A stretch of 64,000 nucleotides of DNA from Caecitellus pseudoparvulus (Eukaryota > Protista > Bigyra: Bicosoecida): the NCBI GenBank assembly GCA_965644315.1, contig CBFFRQ010000062.1, forward strand, positions 248,001-312,000, given 5' to 3'. Made by a program: the position numbers and the translations under genes. Shown piece by piece: positions 1 to 12,000 of the stretch; within the stretch, counting starts at the first letter, position 1; every line of letters starts with the position of its first letter. The notes under the pieces are model-generated. The model was not told the origin of the DNA and did not search any database. It saw only the letters and a list, made by a program, of their open reading frames with translations.

Positions 1-1581
1 CTTTGAAGAGGTGGATGCACGTGTTCCATGCAAGCACTGCTCCAGGAAGTTCAACCCTGACCGCATCGCCAAGCACGAGCTCATCTGCGGCAAGGTGGAC
101 AAGAAGAAACGCCGGCCCGTGAAGGCAGACAAGTGGCGCCTGGAGGGCACGGACTTTGCAGAGCACTACGACAAGGACCGTGCCGCGGCGGACGCCGAAC
201 GTGTCAAGGCAGCCAAGGCTGCTGCCTCCGAGAAGTGGCGTGCGGAGCACGCACAGTTGCAGGAGGTGGCAGCGGTGTCTGCAGGCGGAGGTGGTGCCGC
301 CGCCCCCGCCGCAGCCACCCCCGCCATCGTCATCGACGGCGCCCCAGCCGAGCCCCTCCCATCGCCCACCCCCCCTGCCGCCGCCCCAGCGCCCCCCTCC
401 CCCGCCCCTGCGGACACGGGCGCGGACACGGGCGCCGGGGCGGCATCCCCTCCAGCCCCCGCCCCAGCCCCCCCCAGCACTGCACCTGCAGCACCAGTCA
501 CGGGAGATGGCCCGTCCAGCCCTGTGGCAGCAGCGGAGGGGCAGGGGGGTACAGCCCCCCCTGCACCCCCCCGCACCAAGCTTCGAGTGGGGGACCGCGT
601 GGTGACAGCGGATGGGCGGAAGGGCGTGGTGCAGTTCAAGGGGCCCGTGTGGGGCCTGAAGAAGGGCAACTGGTACGGCGTGGAGCTGGACCAGGCCCTG
701 GGCAAGTACGACGGTAGCTTCCGGGAACAGAAGTACTTCGTGTGTGCCCCCAACCACGGCATCTTCATGCGGGCATCGGGGCTCACTTCCCTGGCACAGG
801 AACAGGCTGCCGAACTCGCTGCTGCGTTGCAGGAGGAGAAGGACGCCGCGGCCAAGGCGTACGAACAGCAGAAACGCGTGCGGGAGCGCTTGGCTGCCAA
901 GGCTGCTGCGGGGGCCTCCTCTGCCCCCCCAGCGGCAGCGGCAGCGGCAGGGGGGGGGCGCCGTGGACCCAGTGGGGGGGGTGTGAGGGGGGGCGGAAGA
1001 AGGCGGCCCCAGGCAGCCGCCCCGGCAGTGGCGCCGCCAAGCCTGGCATGGCCTCCAAACTGCGCACCAGCACTGCATCCTCCCGCCCCGCTGGCAGCGG
1101 CGCGGCGGCAGTTCGCGGGTTGGCGGGCACCTCCCGCCCCGGCAGCGGCCGGCGAGCGGCCGTGCCCCGCCGCAAACCAACGCCCTCCACGGGCCCCTCC
1201 CCTGCGGAGGAGGCTCGCAAGGCCCGTCTGGCAGCTGACGCAGACATGCTGGCGGCACTGGAGGGGCGTGCCCCGGCCCCGACCCCTGCCCAGGCTGCTG
1301 CGGCGGCGGCCAAGGCCAAGGGGCGGGTGACACGACCCACGTCCAGCGGGTCCACAGGGGGGGGTGGACGTCGGTTTGCAGGGGGGGGTGGGCGTCTCGG
1401 TGCGGGAGGTGGGCCCACCAAGCCCAGATCTGGCGCCACCCGCCGCCCGGCTGCAGGCGCCAAGGCGGGGCAGACCAGTGGCGCCAAGGCAGGCGCCAAG
1501 CCAGCGGCGGGCTCCACGGCCAAGGCTGGCATGAGTGACAGGGAGAAGCGGGCGGCGTACTTTGCAGCGCGCATGGGGTGA
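1..1581 (+). CDS. C2HC zinc-finger + CAP-Gly domain protein (5' partial; reading frame broken in G homopolymers at ~950-993)
   Basis: CKHCSRKFNPDRIAKHELIC is a zf-C2HC_2 (ZC2HC1-like) motif. LRVGDRV..GVVQFKG..WYGVELD..GKYDG..KYFVCAPNHGIFMR is a CAP-Gly domain. The C-terminus (KKAAPGSRP..MSDREKRAAYFAARMG*) is protein-like only in the 742..1581 frame. Confidence 0.8.
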
Positions 1582-2323
1582 AGGGGCCTGTGCACGCACC
1601 GGGGGGCGGTGTGCAGCGGCCCGTGGCCAGGTGTGAGAGCTCACGAATGCACTGCAGTGTGCTGCTTGCGGGGTTTGAGCGGGTTGCGTTGCATTGGTTC
1701 CCTGAACGTATGCTTGATGTACAAGGCACTTGCCTGTACCTGTCGAGGGGCACCCGTGGAGGCATGCGTGCAGCATGGTGCATGTCGCGGGCTGGCGACG
1801 AGGAGGCGAGGAGAGGGTGGAGCCAGTGCGCCACCTTCCGCTCGCGTGGAACGCTTCCGAAGCTTCCCGCACGGTTGCCGAGGGGGGTGCTCTGACCGCA
1901 GCAAACGCGTCAAGCTTCCAAACCTTCAGCTCCAACAATCAACCAAACCCCCCACCTGCAGTTTCAGCAGCCTTCCTGCGGCACTCCCCTCCCCTCCACG
2001 CCTGTGAGTCTGCCTGCGTGTTTGTGCAGCTTGGGCGTGCGGCGCATGCGACGTGTTCGCCTCCAGGCAGCAGAACCTTGCAGCGCGCGCGCGTGCTGCA
2101 CACAAACTGCCCTCATATGTGACACATTGAAGTGCACTGCATGTTTCTGCTGGAGTGAATGCAGCGGCGCCATCCCGTGCACCTCTGCGCCCCGCTCCAT
2201 CGCTCGCAGCAGCAAGCTTCGTTGGTTCGGCATCAGCCAAGGAGGCACATCACCAAGCTCCCTAAACCCGGCAGAGCCAGGTGGCAGATACGTCGCAAGC
2301 ATTGTCCCTTTTCGTCGGAGAAA

Positions 2324-3145
2324 ATGGCCCTTGCTTCCCTTCCCGCCTCCTCCCCTGCGCGCGGCGCCTCTCCTGGCGTGCAGGTTGCTTCGTGCCTGGA
2401 ACACCCGCGGGTCCATCACAGCCCCGGGCGCACCTTCCTGGACGCACAGATGAGCGCCCGGCTGCAGTATCGCCAAGCATGCAAAGCTGGGGACACAGCC
2501 CGTGCGCTGGAGCTGCTGACTTCGAAACACCTCGACCCCGCCATGTCTCCCCGCGGTGACGCTGTCGGCATCCTGCTGGCAGCTTGGCACGGCCACATGG
2601 ACACTGTGGAGGCACTGCTGCAGCATGGAGGCGCCCCTGGTGACCTTGCCTCCGCCCTGTCCATCGCGTGGAAGGGCACCTGCTACTCTGGTGCGCTGGG
2701 CACCTTCAAGGCCTTTGTCCAGCTCTGCAGCGCGCTGCAGGCGCACCCCGCCGCGGTGCTCCCTTGCGGCACCCGGGCCACACTCAAGGCAGCCGAACAA
2801 GGGGATGAAGCCCTTGTAACGTACCTGCTGTCCCTGGGCCGCGACGTCGCGTGGGCTGCCGATCTTGCAGGCGCCGCACAAGACGCCTTCAAAACGGCGC
2901 TCGGCACGCAGCACCTCGACGTCGCCGCGGCCATCCTGCGCCAAGCATCAGCCCAAAAGTACAAGTCCATGCTACAGTTCCTGGCTAAGGCTAGCCAGGG
3001 TGCTGACGGCGCAGAGGTGCGGAGCCTGCCCGGCGACATGGCAGCCCGGGCAGCAGAGTTGACCCGCCCTTGCCCAGACGACTTGCTGCGGGAATGCGCT
3101 GCGCTGCACGGGAACGAGAGTGTCTTGGACGCCGACACCCTGTAA
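2324..3145 (+). CDS. Divergent ankyrin-repeat-like protein
   Basis: Ankyrin-type helix pairs LLAAWHGHMDTVEALLQHGG, LKAAEQGDEALVTYLLSLG and ALGTQHLDVAAAILRQ. ATG at 2324 follows an AAA context; the start is uncertain (alternative ATG at 2450). Confidence 0.55.
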   Translation: MALASLPASSPARGASPGVQVASCLEHPRVHHSPGRTFLDAQMSARLQYRQACKAGDTARALELLTSKHLDPAMSPRGDAVGILLAAWHGHMDTVEALLQHGGAPGDLASALSIAWKGTCYSGALGTFKAFVQLCSALQAHPAAVLPCGTRATLKAAEQGDEALVTYLLSLGRDVAWAADLAGAAQDAFKTALGTQHLDVAAAILRQASAQKYKSMLQFLAKASQGADGAEVRSLPGDMAARAAELTRPCPDDLLRECAALHGNESVLDADTL

Positions 3146-3690
3146 ACCTTGGGAAAGCCCTGACTGAAGGATGAGCATCCCCGTGCTCGTGCAAGGGTGC
3201 GCAGGCTTGCTTTCTTCACGCGCTGAGCCGCAGATTGAAGCCACATGGCGTGACGGCCAGCAGGAGCCACCCCATCCGAGCGCATCGAAGAAGTATGCCT
3301 TTGTGTGGTGCTGGGAATCAATGCAGTGCTGCGTTTGTCCGCATAAACTGAACGTTTTCTTTCACAATTTGAAGGATCCTGCTATTCGCCCGTCAAACTT
3401 CACATTGTTTTTATTTATTAAGACTGTGGAGAATGTCTGATCATGTGCAGTTCCCGTTTTGCGCAGGCAAACTGAAAATGTCTTTAATTTTCACACACAA
3501 CTCATCATTCACCCAATCTCCACCTGTCTACTCCAGCGTGCCACCCTCATCAGGCGGGTTCGTGTGCTAGGGGTCAGTTCTGTGTCACTGCGTGAGGCCA
3601 GGCCCAGGCGCCACGCCAGCTGGCCGACCTGCCCAAGGTTCGAGCCGTCCCTGAGCAGCTGCAGCAAGCAGGCACAGCTGCACGTGAAGG

Positions 3691-6013
3691 ATGAGTTCAG
3701 TGCATTTCCCTGGCGACAGCCTGCGCTCTGCAGCCAGCCGTGTGGACGACTACACGCCTGAGCGACGCAGCGGGCGCATGAGTCGCCGCGACATCGCCTC
3801 CGCTCTCAAGGCGTCGGCAGTGGAGCCGGCGTCCCCGCCGCGCCACGCAGGGGGCTTCGCCTCTGAGGCAGACAGCCACATCGCGCGCAGCGCAGGCGCG
3901 GGGCGGCTCACGTCGGGCACTGGCCATGCGAGCTGGCAGGGCGGCACAGCAAGCCGCGGCGCGCTGAGTGTCGCGGGCGACGGTGCGGGCACTTTCAGCC
4001 CGGCAGGCGCCAGCGCCCAGCGGTCCCACGTGGAGTACTACGAGCGCGAGTTGACGAGGCTGCAGTTGGAGTTGGACCGCGCCATGGACAAGCTGAACGA
4101 AGAGCGGCGTCTGCGTCTCAGGTGCGGCGTGGAGCCTGGCGTGGTGGCGAGTGCCTGGCGCACACGACGAGCCCCCCTGCCGCCCCCTTCGCAGCCAGAC
4201 ACTCCGCAACAGCGAGCAAGGGGACGAGTTGACTGCCGCAGAGCGACGGGAGCGCGCGCTGCGTGACGACGTGGCGTCCCTGCGGTCGTCGTCGGCAGCT
4301 GCGACCAGCGAAGCCGACCGCCTGCGCGACGAGGTGGCCCGCTCCGCCAAGGCCCACGCCGCGCTGCACAAGCAGCTGCAGGAGGTGGCTGCCGAGGGCG
4401 AGGTGTACCGCCAGCGCTGCGCCGAGGCAGAGGCCATGGTGGTGTCGCTGCGCACACAGGTGGCCGAGCAGGCGGCGCGCCTGGCCACCCAGGACAGCGA
4501 CCTGCGCAGTGCTGCGCAGACCTCTGCTGCGGCGGCAGAGGAGGCGCAGGGGCAGGCGTCCCAGCTGGCGGACTACAAGCGCCGCTTGCAGGCGGAGGCG
4601 GTGCAGGTGGGGCAGCTGCGGGGGGACCTGGACGAAGCGCGGGAAACTCTCGCGAAACGCGACAGCACCGTCGCGTCCCTGCGACGGCAGTTGGAGGAGG
4701 CCAGTCTGGGCGCCCAGGCGTCAGCTGACGACTTGGCCAGTCGTGATCGGCAGTTGGCGGCCTTGTCCGCCAAGCTGGACACCGCCACCAAGAGTCTCAA
4801 GAGCAAGGAGCGGCGGCTGGGCGAGGCGACCGACGCGCTGGAGACAGCCAAGCGGGCGGCGGCGGCGGCGACGTCGCAGGTGGCGACGCTGACGGCCCAG
4901 CTGGCGGCGGCGCGCAGTGAGTCACAGGACCGCGACAACGCCGTGCGTTCAGCCCAGGCAGCCACCGCCGCGCACTCCCAGGCTTCCAAGGACCTCAAAG
5001 CCGAGAACGAGGCGCTGCAGGAAGATGTGCAGCGCCTGACGCGGCAGCTGGCACACATCACGTCCCAGGCTCGGAACACGGGCGCCTTGGCGCGGGAGGC
5101 GGCCACGAAGGGCGTGCAGTTGGAGGAGCGGCACGCCGTGTTGAAACGCAAGTACGGCGAGATGAAACGCCGCGCCAAGGACGAGGCCACGGCCCGGGCC
5201 GCAGCGGAGGCGGCCGTGCTGACCCTGCGCACGGAGTTGGAGCGTCTGAGCAAGCTGCACGGGCAGGTGCTGGACGAGGTGCGTGCTGCTGGCCTGAGTG
5301 CGGTGGAGGCGGTGCAGGAGTCCAGTGCGGCGACGCTGCGGGCCATGGCGGCAGAGTACACCAACCGGGAGGGGGAGTTGCGCACGCTGCTGTCCGACAC
5401 GCAGGACGCGCTGCTACACACACGGGACGTGCTCATCGCCACAGGCAGCGCAGTGCCCAGCCACCCCCCCCCCTCCAGTGCTGGGGACAAGGCGCTGACC
5501 CGCCCCAAGCACAGCCCTGTGCGGCATGGTGGAGCACGCCCACCCCCCTCCCGCGCACCCACCGCTGGCCAGGCGTCTGTACCGACGGGCAGTCCCGGGC
5601 GGACTGTGCCGCCACTCCCCAGGGAGGTGGGCCCACCTGCCCCGCAGCCCGCCACCCCCCCCACCTCCGCCTCCCGTCGCTTCGTGTCGCTGGGGGACGG
5701 CTCCACCACGGGCGGGCACGGTCTGCCCGCCACGGCGCGCCTGAGGCAGGATGGCTCCGCTGAGGTGCTGGACCTGCCCCACACACCCGGTCGCAGCGGC
5801 GGCGGCGGGGGTGGCGGCGGCAGCCCAGGCAAGGTCCCCGGCGCCGCTGAGTTGCAGGCTGCCGCTGACTCTGGCATCGCGGACATCGCCAGTGCGGGGC
5901 AGGGCGCCTCCAGCGAGGCCCGGCAGCTGCTGCAGCGCACGACAGAGGCGTACCTGCGCCTGCTGCAGTCGCCCACCTACAAGACGCTCACGGCGCCCAC
6001 ACCCCACGCATGA
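3691..6013 (+). CDS. Long coiled-coil protein with Pro/Ser-rich tail (centrosomal/cytoskeletal-like), 2 exons
   Basis: ORFs 3691 and 4151 join in frame through intron 4122..4194 (GTGCGG..GCAG, phase 2). Heptad-rich A/E/L/Q/R sequence. Confidence 0.75.
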
Positions 6014-6053
6014 ATGCATTCCGCGACAGTGCACCCGATCAGCCCCCCTGCCC

Positions 6054-9000
6054 TCACACGCCCACGGCCTGCTTGGTCCAGTTCTTCCCCGCCCCCTTGA
6101 AGGCGCCCTTGCCCAGGGCCCAGGACAGGCAGTGCCCCTCCTTCACCGCCGCCTGCAGGACCCGCCCAGCCACCAGCCGCAGCACCACCGTGCCATCTGG
6201 ATTCCCAGCCGCCTTCAGGGCAGGCGCCAGGTCCTGTGCGATGGTGCCCGGCACCACCCGTGGCAGGGCGGACGTGACATCCTTGGCACCCACCTTGGCG
6301 CTCAGCAGGACGGTGGCTAGCCTCTCATCGCCACCCTTGGCGCTGGTCAGCAGCTGGCTCTTGTCTAGGAACGCGATGTTGGCGCAGCCCTCAACCTCCA
6401 CCTCCTGCTCCTCCCCCGTCACCGCGAAGACGGCGAGGGTCTTGCGCGTGCCACGGATGGGGTCTCCCCCCATGGCGCCGTTGGTCACCTTCACCTCCCC
6501 GCCCACCGGCACAGTGGTGCCCAGCTTGGGCAGCGCGGAGGCGAACTTGCCCTTGGCGCCATACTGCGCCGAGATGAGCGCGAACACCTTGCCCTCAGCG
6601 GGCTCGTCCGACAGCCCTGCGTCGGCCTGCCAGTTCCGTGCCGCGCGGGCCAGCTGGCCCTTGCCGCTGCCCACACTCCACTGCAGCGTGTCGCCTTCAC
6701 GCACGGCTGCCGTGTGCACGGCGCCCACCACCAGCGTGACCTGGGCCCGGTCAGTGGGCTTGGGCAGGACGGACGACAGGTCCAGGGGGTCCGCCTTGGT
6801 GCCCACCTTGGAGTCCACATCCACAGTCACATCCTTGCCACCCACCTCCACCTTCAACACCACGCTGGCGTGCAGGTACCCTGGCAGGCCCTGCAGAGCC
6901 GGCCCCGCCAGGCGCCTGGGCGGGGGCAGCACGGCATCCGACCCCTTGATCACCGTGGTGACCTGCTTGCCCACCACCGCGAACACGGTGAGGGTCTTGC
7001 GCGTGCCACGGATGGGGTCTCCCCCCATGGCGCCGTTGGTCACCTTCACCTCCCCGCCCACCGGCACAGTGGTGCCCAGCTCGGGCAGCGCAGAGGCGAA
7101 CTTGCCCTTTGCACCGTACTGCGCCGAGAGCAGGGCCAGGGTGGGCACGCTCTGCGCCGCCTGCTGCCGAGCTGCACGCTCCGCTGCTCGCTTGCCCTTG
7201 TGCTGCTCCCGCTTCGCTGCCAGGGCAGCCTGGGCCTGGGCCAGCTTGGCTGCCGCCGTCTCCACGGCCGCCTTGGCTGCCGCCGCCTCAGCGCCGGGGG
7301 CTGCCTCCAGCGCCTCCTCTGCCTCCTCCAGCTCCGCCTCAGCCACCTTCACGGCGCGGCGTGTGCCGGGGGTGGGCGCCTTGCCCCGCACCTGCCCCAG
7401 CACGTCCTTGGCAGGCAAGCCCCCCTCCTCCCCCTCGCTGTCGGCACCCTCCTCCCCCTCTGACGCATCCGAGGCAGAGTCCGAGTCAGAGGAGTCCACC
7501 TCGGCCGCACCAGCCCCAGCGGCTGCCGCCCCCGCCCCCCCTGCAGCTGCCTTGCGTGCCGCGGCAGCTGCCGCCTTGGCCTTGCGCCGCTCAGCCCGGG
7601 CAGCCGCCTTGGCCTCGCGTGCGGCCAGCTTGGCGGCACGCTCAGCCGCCTTGGCGTCCTCCTCTGCAACCAGGGCTGTGTGCGCCTGTGTGCTGGCCTG
7701 CAGCTGGGACAGCAGCAGGCGGTGGCCCACCGTGCCCCGTGCCTCTGGGGTGTCAGGCAACGCCTCCAGGTCCACCAGGGCCACCCCGGCCGCCACCAGC
7801 CCGTCCTCCGCTGCAGACATGGCCTCGCTATCGTGTCCGCCACACGCGTCTGCCACGACGCTCACGAGGAACCCCGCCTGCACTGCGGAGAGGGCGGTCG
7901 CCGCGACGGTGCTCTCCATGCCCAGCCCCGCCACCACCACCTCCCCGACACCCGCCTCCTGCAGCGCCTGCACGGCCTGGGACCCCGGCGCCAGGGCGGC
8001 GAGAGACACGTCCCCTGCGCCCCCGGCTCCCAGCTGCACCGTCACCACCTTAGACGTGTCCAGGGAGGCAGGCACGCTGGTGCCGTCCGTGCCGCTGACG
8101 CAGTGGGGCGGCAGACACCGGCCCAGGAAGGCAGGCGGCACCCCGGTGCCTTCGGGCAGGGGCTGGCTGCCGGAAGTATCGAAGGCGCTGTGCTGCTTGT
8201 GGTTGGCTCGCAGCACCAGCAGGGTCATGTCCCACCCCACGTCGCGCAGGAGGTCCAGCTTGGGCAGCAGGTCCGCCCCGCCCTGCACTGCCGCAGCGCC
8301 TCCAGGCAGCAGGTCCTTCTGGGGACACACCAGCACCAGGGCCCGCTTGCCAGGCGCGGCGAGACCCTCCTCGCCACCGGCCCCGGTGCTGGCAGTGGCC
8401 AGCTTGGCCAGGGCTGTGCGGAACTCCTGCACTGCGCCGCGCTTGCGGGGGTCCGCTGACAGCACCCGCATGATGTCCTCCAGGGCGGCCGCTCGTGTGG
8501 CGCCCCAGGCGGGCACGGTGGCCCCCGCCTGCACCACGAGGGCCTCGCACACCCCCTGCCACCGCCCACGCCGCTTGTCCAGCCGGGCTTGCACCTTGCC
8601 CGCCTTCTCCACCACCCGGCAGTCCGCGTCTGCGAGGGCAGAGGGAAAGGGGCGCCCGGCAGCCTGGGCGGCGGTGCGCGCCTTGGCCACGTCAGCAGGC
8701 AGCACGGCTGGCTCGGTCCACGCCTGCAGTCCGTGGCGGTCTGCCTCCACCATGGCGTACGCCCACTGCAGCAGGGCGCTGTCCAGGGCGGTGGACCCAT
8801 CCTCATCCACCGCGTCGGGGTCCAGGGCGGCAGCAGCCCCCTCCGCCCCCCGCGCCGCTGCCCGGGCCTCCTTGGCCAGCACCCTGATGAGGTGCAGCCT
8901 GCCGGATGCCGCGGCGGCGTGCAGGGGCGTGATGCGCCCCTCGCCCCCCACGCAGTTGACATCCGCACCCCCCTGCACCAGCGCCCGCACCACTGCGCCT

Positions 9001-12000
9001 CGACGCCGCACGTGCTTGGCGTTGCAGGCCCACAGCAGGGGCGTCTCACCCTCCACCTCCTCCTCTGTGTCACACCCCGCGGCAGTCAGCCACTTGATGC
9101 CGTTGTGCCCGCCCACCATGACAGCCAGCCACAGCAGCGGCAAGGGCGTGCCAGGCTTGTACTCGCTGGCGTGGGGCATGTGCGTGTACACCCGCCGCGC
9201 CTTGCCAGGCTTGCGTGGGTGCGCAGTCACGTCGTCGGGAACCGGCGCATCCTCCAGCGCCACGGCCTTGGCCAGCACGCCCGCCCGGGCCTGCACGGGG
9301 TCCTTGCCCGCCGCCCCCGCCGCCACGCGCTCGTTCACCCACTGCTCCAGCAGGGCCGAGTCCATGAACACCCACGGCGCCAGGGGCAGTGGCGAGGGCA
9401 TGGGCACGGGCTTGCCTGGCACGGCAGGCTTGCCCCCGCCCTTCTTGGCCTTGCGTGCCACCTTGCCAGACACCTTGCGCAGGCGGCTGCCCGGCAGGGT
9501 GTGCCGTACGCAGGCGGCGCCGTCGGCAGACCCGCCGGGCGGCGAGGTGCTGGACGGCACATCCACTGCGAAGAGCCAGACGGGCGCGCCCGTGCTGTCT
9601 GCGCCAGCCTGCACCCCCACCACGACGCCACGCTGCCATGCGCCGTCACCCGGCAAGCACACCTCCACCGCTGCTCCGACGCGGAACGCCGGCTTGCAGG
9701 GCGGTGCAGGTGCGTGCTGCCGGGGCGTGGCCCCATCCTTTGACGCGTCGCTGCGGGCACTGGGCTGGGGCGGGGCGGCGGCGAGGGGGGGCGCCTGGAC
9801 CGCCCGCCGCACCTCGCCGGCACCCACGGCATGCTGCCCGCCCAGCTTGAAGCCAGGCTTGGCAGCGTAGGCGGCGTGCACCTCCACGGTGTACCCCGTG
9901 GGGCGGGGCGAGGCGCCCGTGCCGTCCCCAGTGGCCGCCCCCTGCGTCACGGCACAGACCGTAGCTGCGTACCACTTGTTCTTCAGCTCCACTTCCACGT
10001 CGTCCCCCACCTTGAACACGGGGGGTGGCGGCGGCAGGGCTGCCTTTGCCTCCTTCAGGGCAGCCTTCGCCTCCGCCAGTGCGTGAGTGGCTTCGTCCAG
10101 CTTGGCGTCAGAGCGGGCCTTGGCATCCACCAGGCGTTCGTACGCCTTGGCCAGCTTGGCGTCCTCGCGGTCGTCTGCAGCCGCGGCTTTCTGCGCCTCC
10201 TTCAGCTCTGCCCGCAGCTCCTTCACGGTGCCCTGCAGAGCGGCCACCTCCTCCTTGGCGCTGTCCAGGCGAGCTTGCGCCTTTGCCCCCGCTGCCTCCG
10301 CGGCATCCCCCCGCTTGTCCGAGGCCGCCTTCTCCCTCTGCAGCGCCTTGAAGGCCTTCTCAGCCTCCGCGTCCTTCGCCGCGTCGGCCTTGGCCTCTGC
10401 CCGGGCCGCCTCCAGCGCCGCCTGCGCCGTGGCCAACTGAGCGGCCGCCTTCTCCACCGCCCGCTCCGCCTTTTCCGCCCGGGCCTCTGCCGACGCAGTG
10501 GCCTTCTGCGCCTCCCGCAGCACCTTGGCATCGTCCTTCTCATCATCCACCAGCGCCCGCTGAGCCTCCTTCAACTCAGCCCGCAGGCCCTGCAGCTCAG
10601 CCTTGTGGGCAGCAGCAGCCTCCTTCGCTTCGCCCAGAGCCGCCTCGGCTCGCTCGGCGCGCCCCGTGGCCTTGGCCAGGTCGGCGCCCACCGCCTTGCC
10701 CTCCCGGGTCAGGCGGGCCACCTCCTGCTGCAGGCTGGCCGCCTCCTGCCGCAGCTGCTTCAGGGTCGCCGTCTGGCTGGCGGCAGTGGTGCCTGCCGCC
10801 TCCAGCGCCGCCTTCAGTTCCGCCACCTTGGCGTCACGGGCATCCGCCTTGGCCTGGGCCGCCTCCAGGTCACGCTGTGCTTTCTCGTACGCCTTGGTCA
10901 ACTTGGCGTCGGCACGGTCGTCTGCAGCCGCGGCCTTCTGCGCCTCCTTAAGCTCTGCCCGCAGCTCCTTCACGGTGCCCTGCAGAGTGGCCACCTCCTC
11001 CTTGGCGCTGTCCAGGCGTGTCTGCTTCGCCGCGGCATCTGCCGTTGCCCGCTCCAGCTGGGACTGGGCACGCTCCACCTCCCGTGCGGAGGCTGCCGCC
11101 GTCCGCTCCGCAGCAGCCACTTGCTTCTGCAGCCCCGCCACCTCGCTCTGCAGGGCCTTGGCCTCCGCCCGCGCCTCGGCAGTGGCTGCCTTGGACTCGG
11201 CGCTCTTGGCCTCTGCCGCGTCGGCGCGACCCTGCAGTTGCTCCACCTTCGCCAGTGCCTTCTCATACGCCTTGGTCAACTTGGCGTCGGCACGGTCGTC
11301 TGCAGCAGCTGCCTTCTGCGCCTCCTTCAGCTCCGCCCGGGCAGCCTTCACCTCAGCCTCCTTGGCAGCCAGCGCCGCCTCAGCCTCCGCCTTGGCAGCC
11401 TCTGCGGCAGCTAGCTTGGCAGACACCTTGGCCACCTCGGCAGCAGCTGCCGTCGCCTGCTGGTTGGCCGCCTTGGCCTCTGCCTCTGCACTCGCCAGCG
11501 CCTTGGCCTGCGCCGCTGCCGCTGCGTCGGCCGCCTTGGCCTCTGCCTGCAATGCCGCCACCTGCTTGGCCTGTGCGGCAGCTCGGCTGCGCAGCTCCTT
11601 AGCATCCGCCACCGCCGCCGCGAGCTCCTGCCGCACCTTGGCCAGGGCAGCCGCCGCGCCGTCCGTCTCCTTGGCCTCCTCTCGCAGCGCCGCCACCTCC
11701 TCCTCCAGCTCCGTGTTGGCCTTCTCCAGGGCGGCAGAGGCGGCCAGGGCAGCCACCAGCTTCTCCTCCGTCACCTTGTCGGACGAGTCGTCCTCACGTG
11801 CCTCCTTCTTGAGGCGCTCCACCTCCGCCTCCAGCTGTGACGCCTGCTTGGCTGCGGCGGCGGCCTTGCTCTTCTCTGCGTCAAGCCCCGCCTGCGCCTC
11901 CTTCAGCTGCTTGCGCAGGGAGTCCGCCTCGCTACGGGCCGCAGCCAGGTCCAAGCCAGCCTTGGCCAGAGCAGCGTCATCTGCCGCGTCATCGGCCCGG

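Noticed and set aside
6010-9870. 1286-aa + strand ORF (and similar long antisense ORFs at 166-1938, 10603-12270, 22154-24334, 28275-29954, 54787-56355)
   Set aside because: Shadow ORFs opposite recognisable GC3-rich genes; Ser/Ala/Arg-rich with no motifs.
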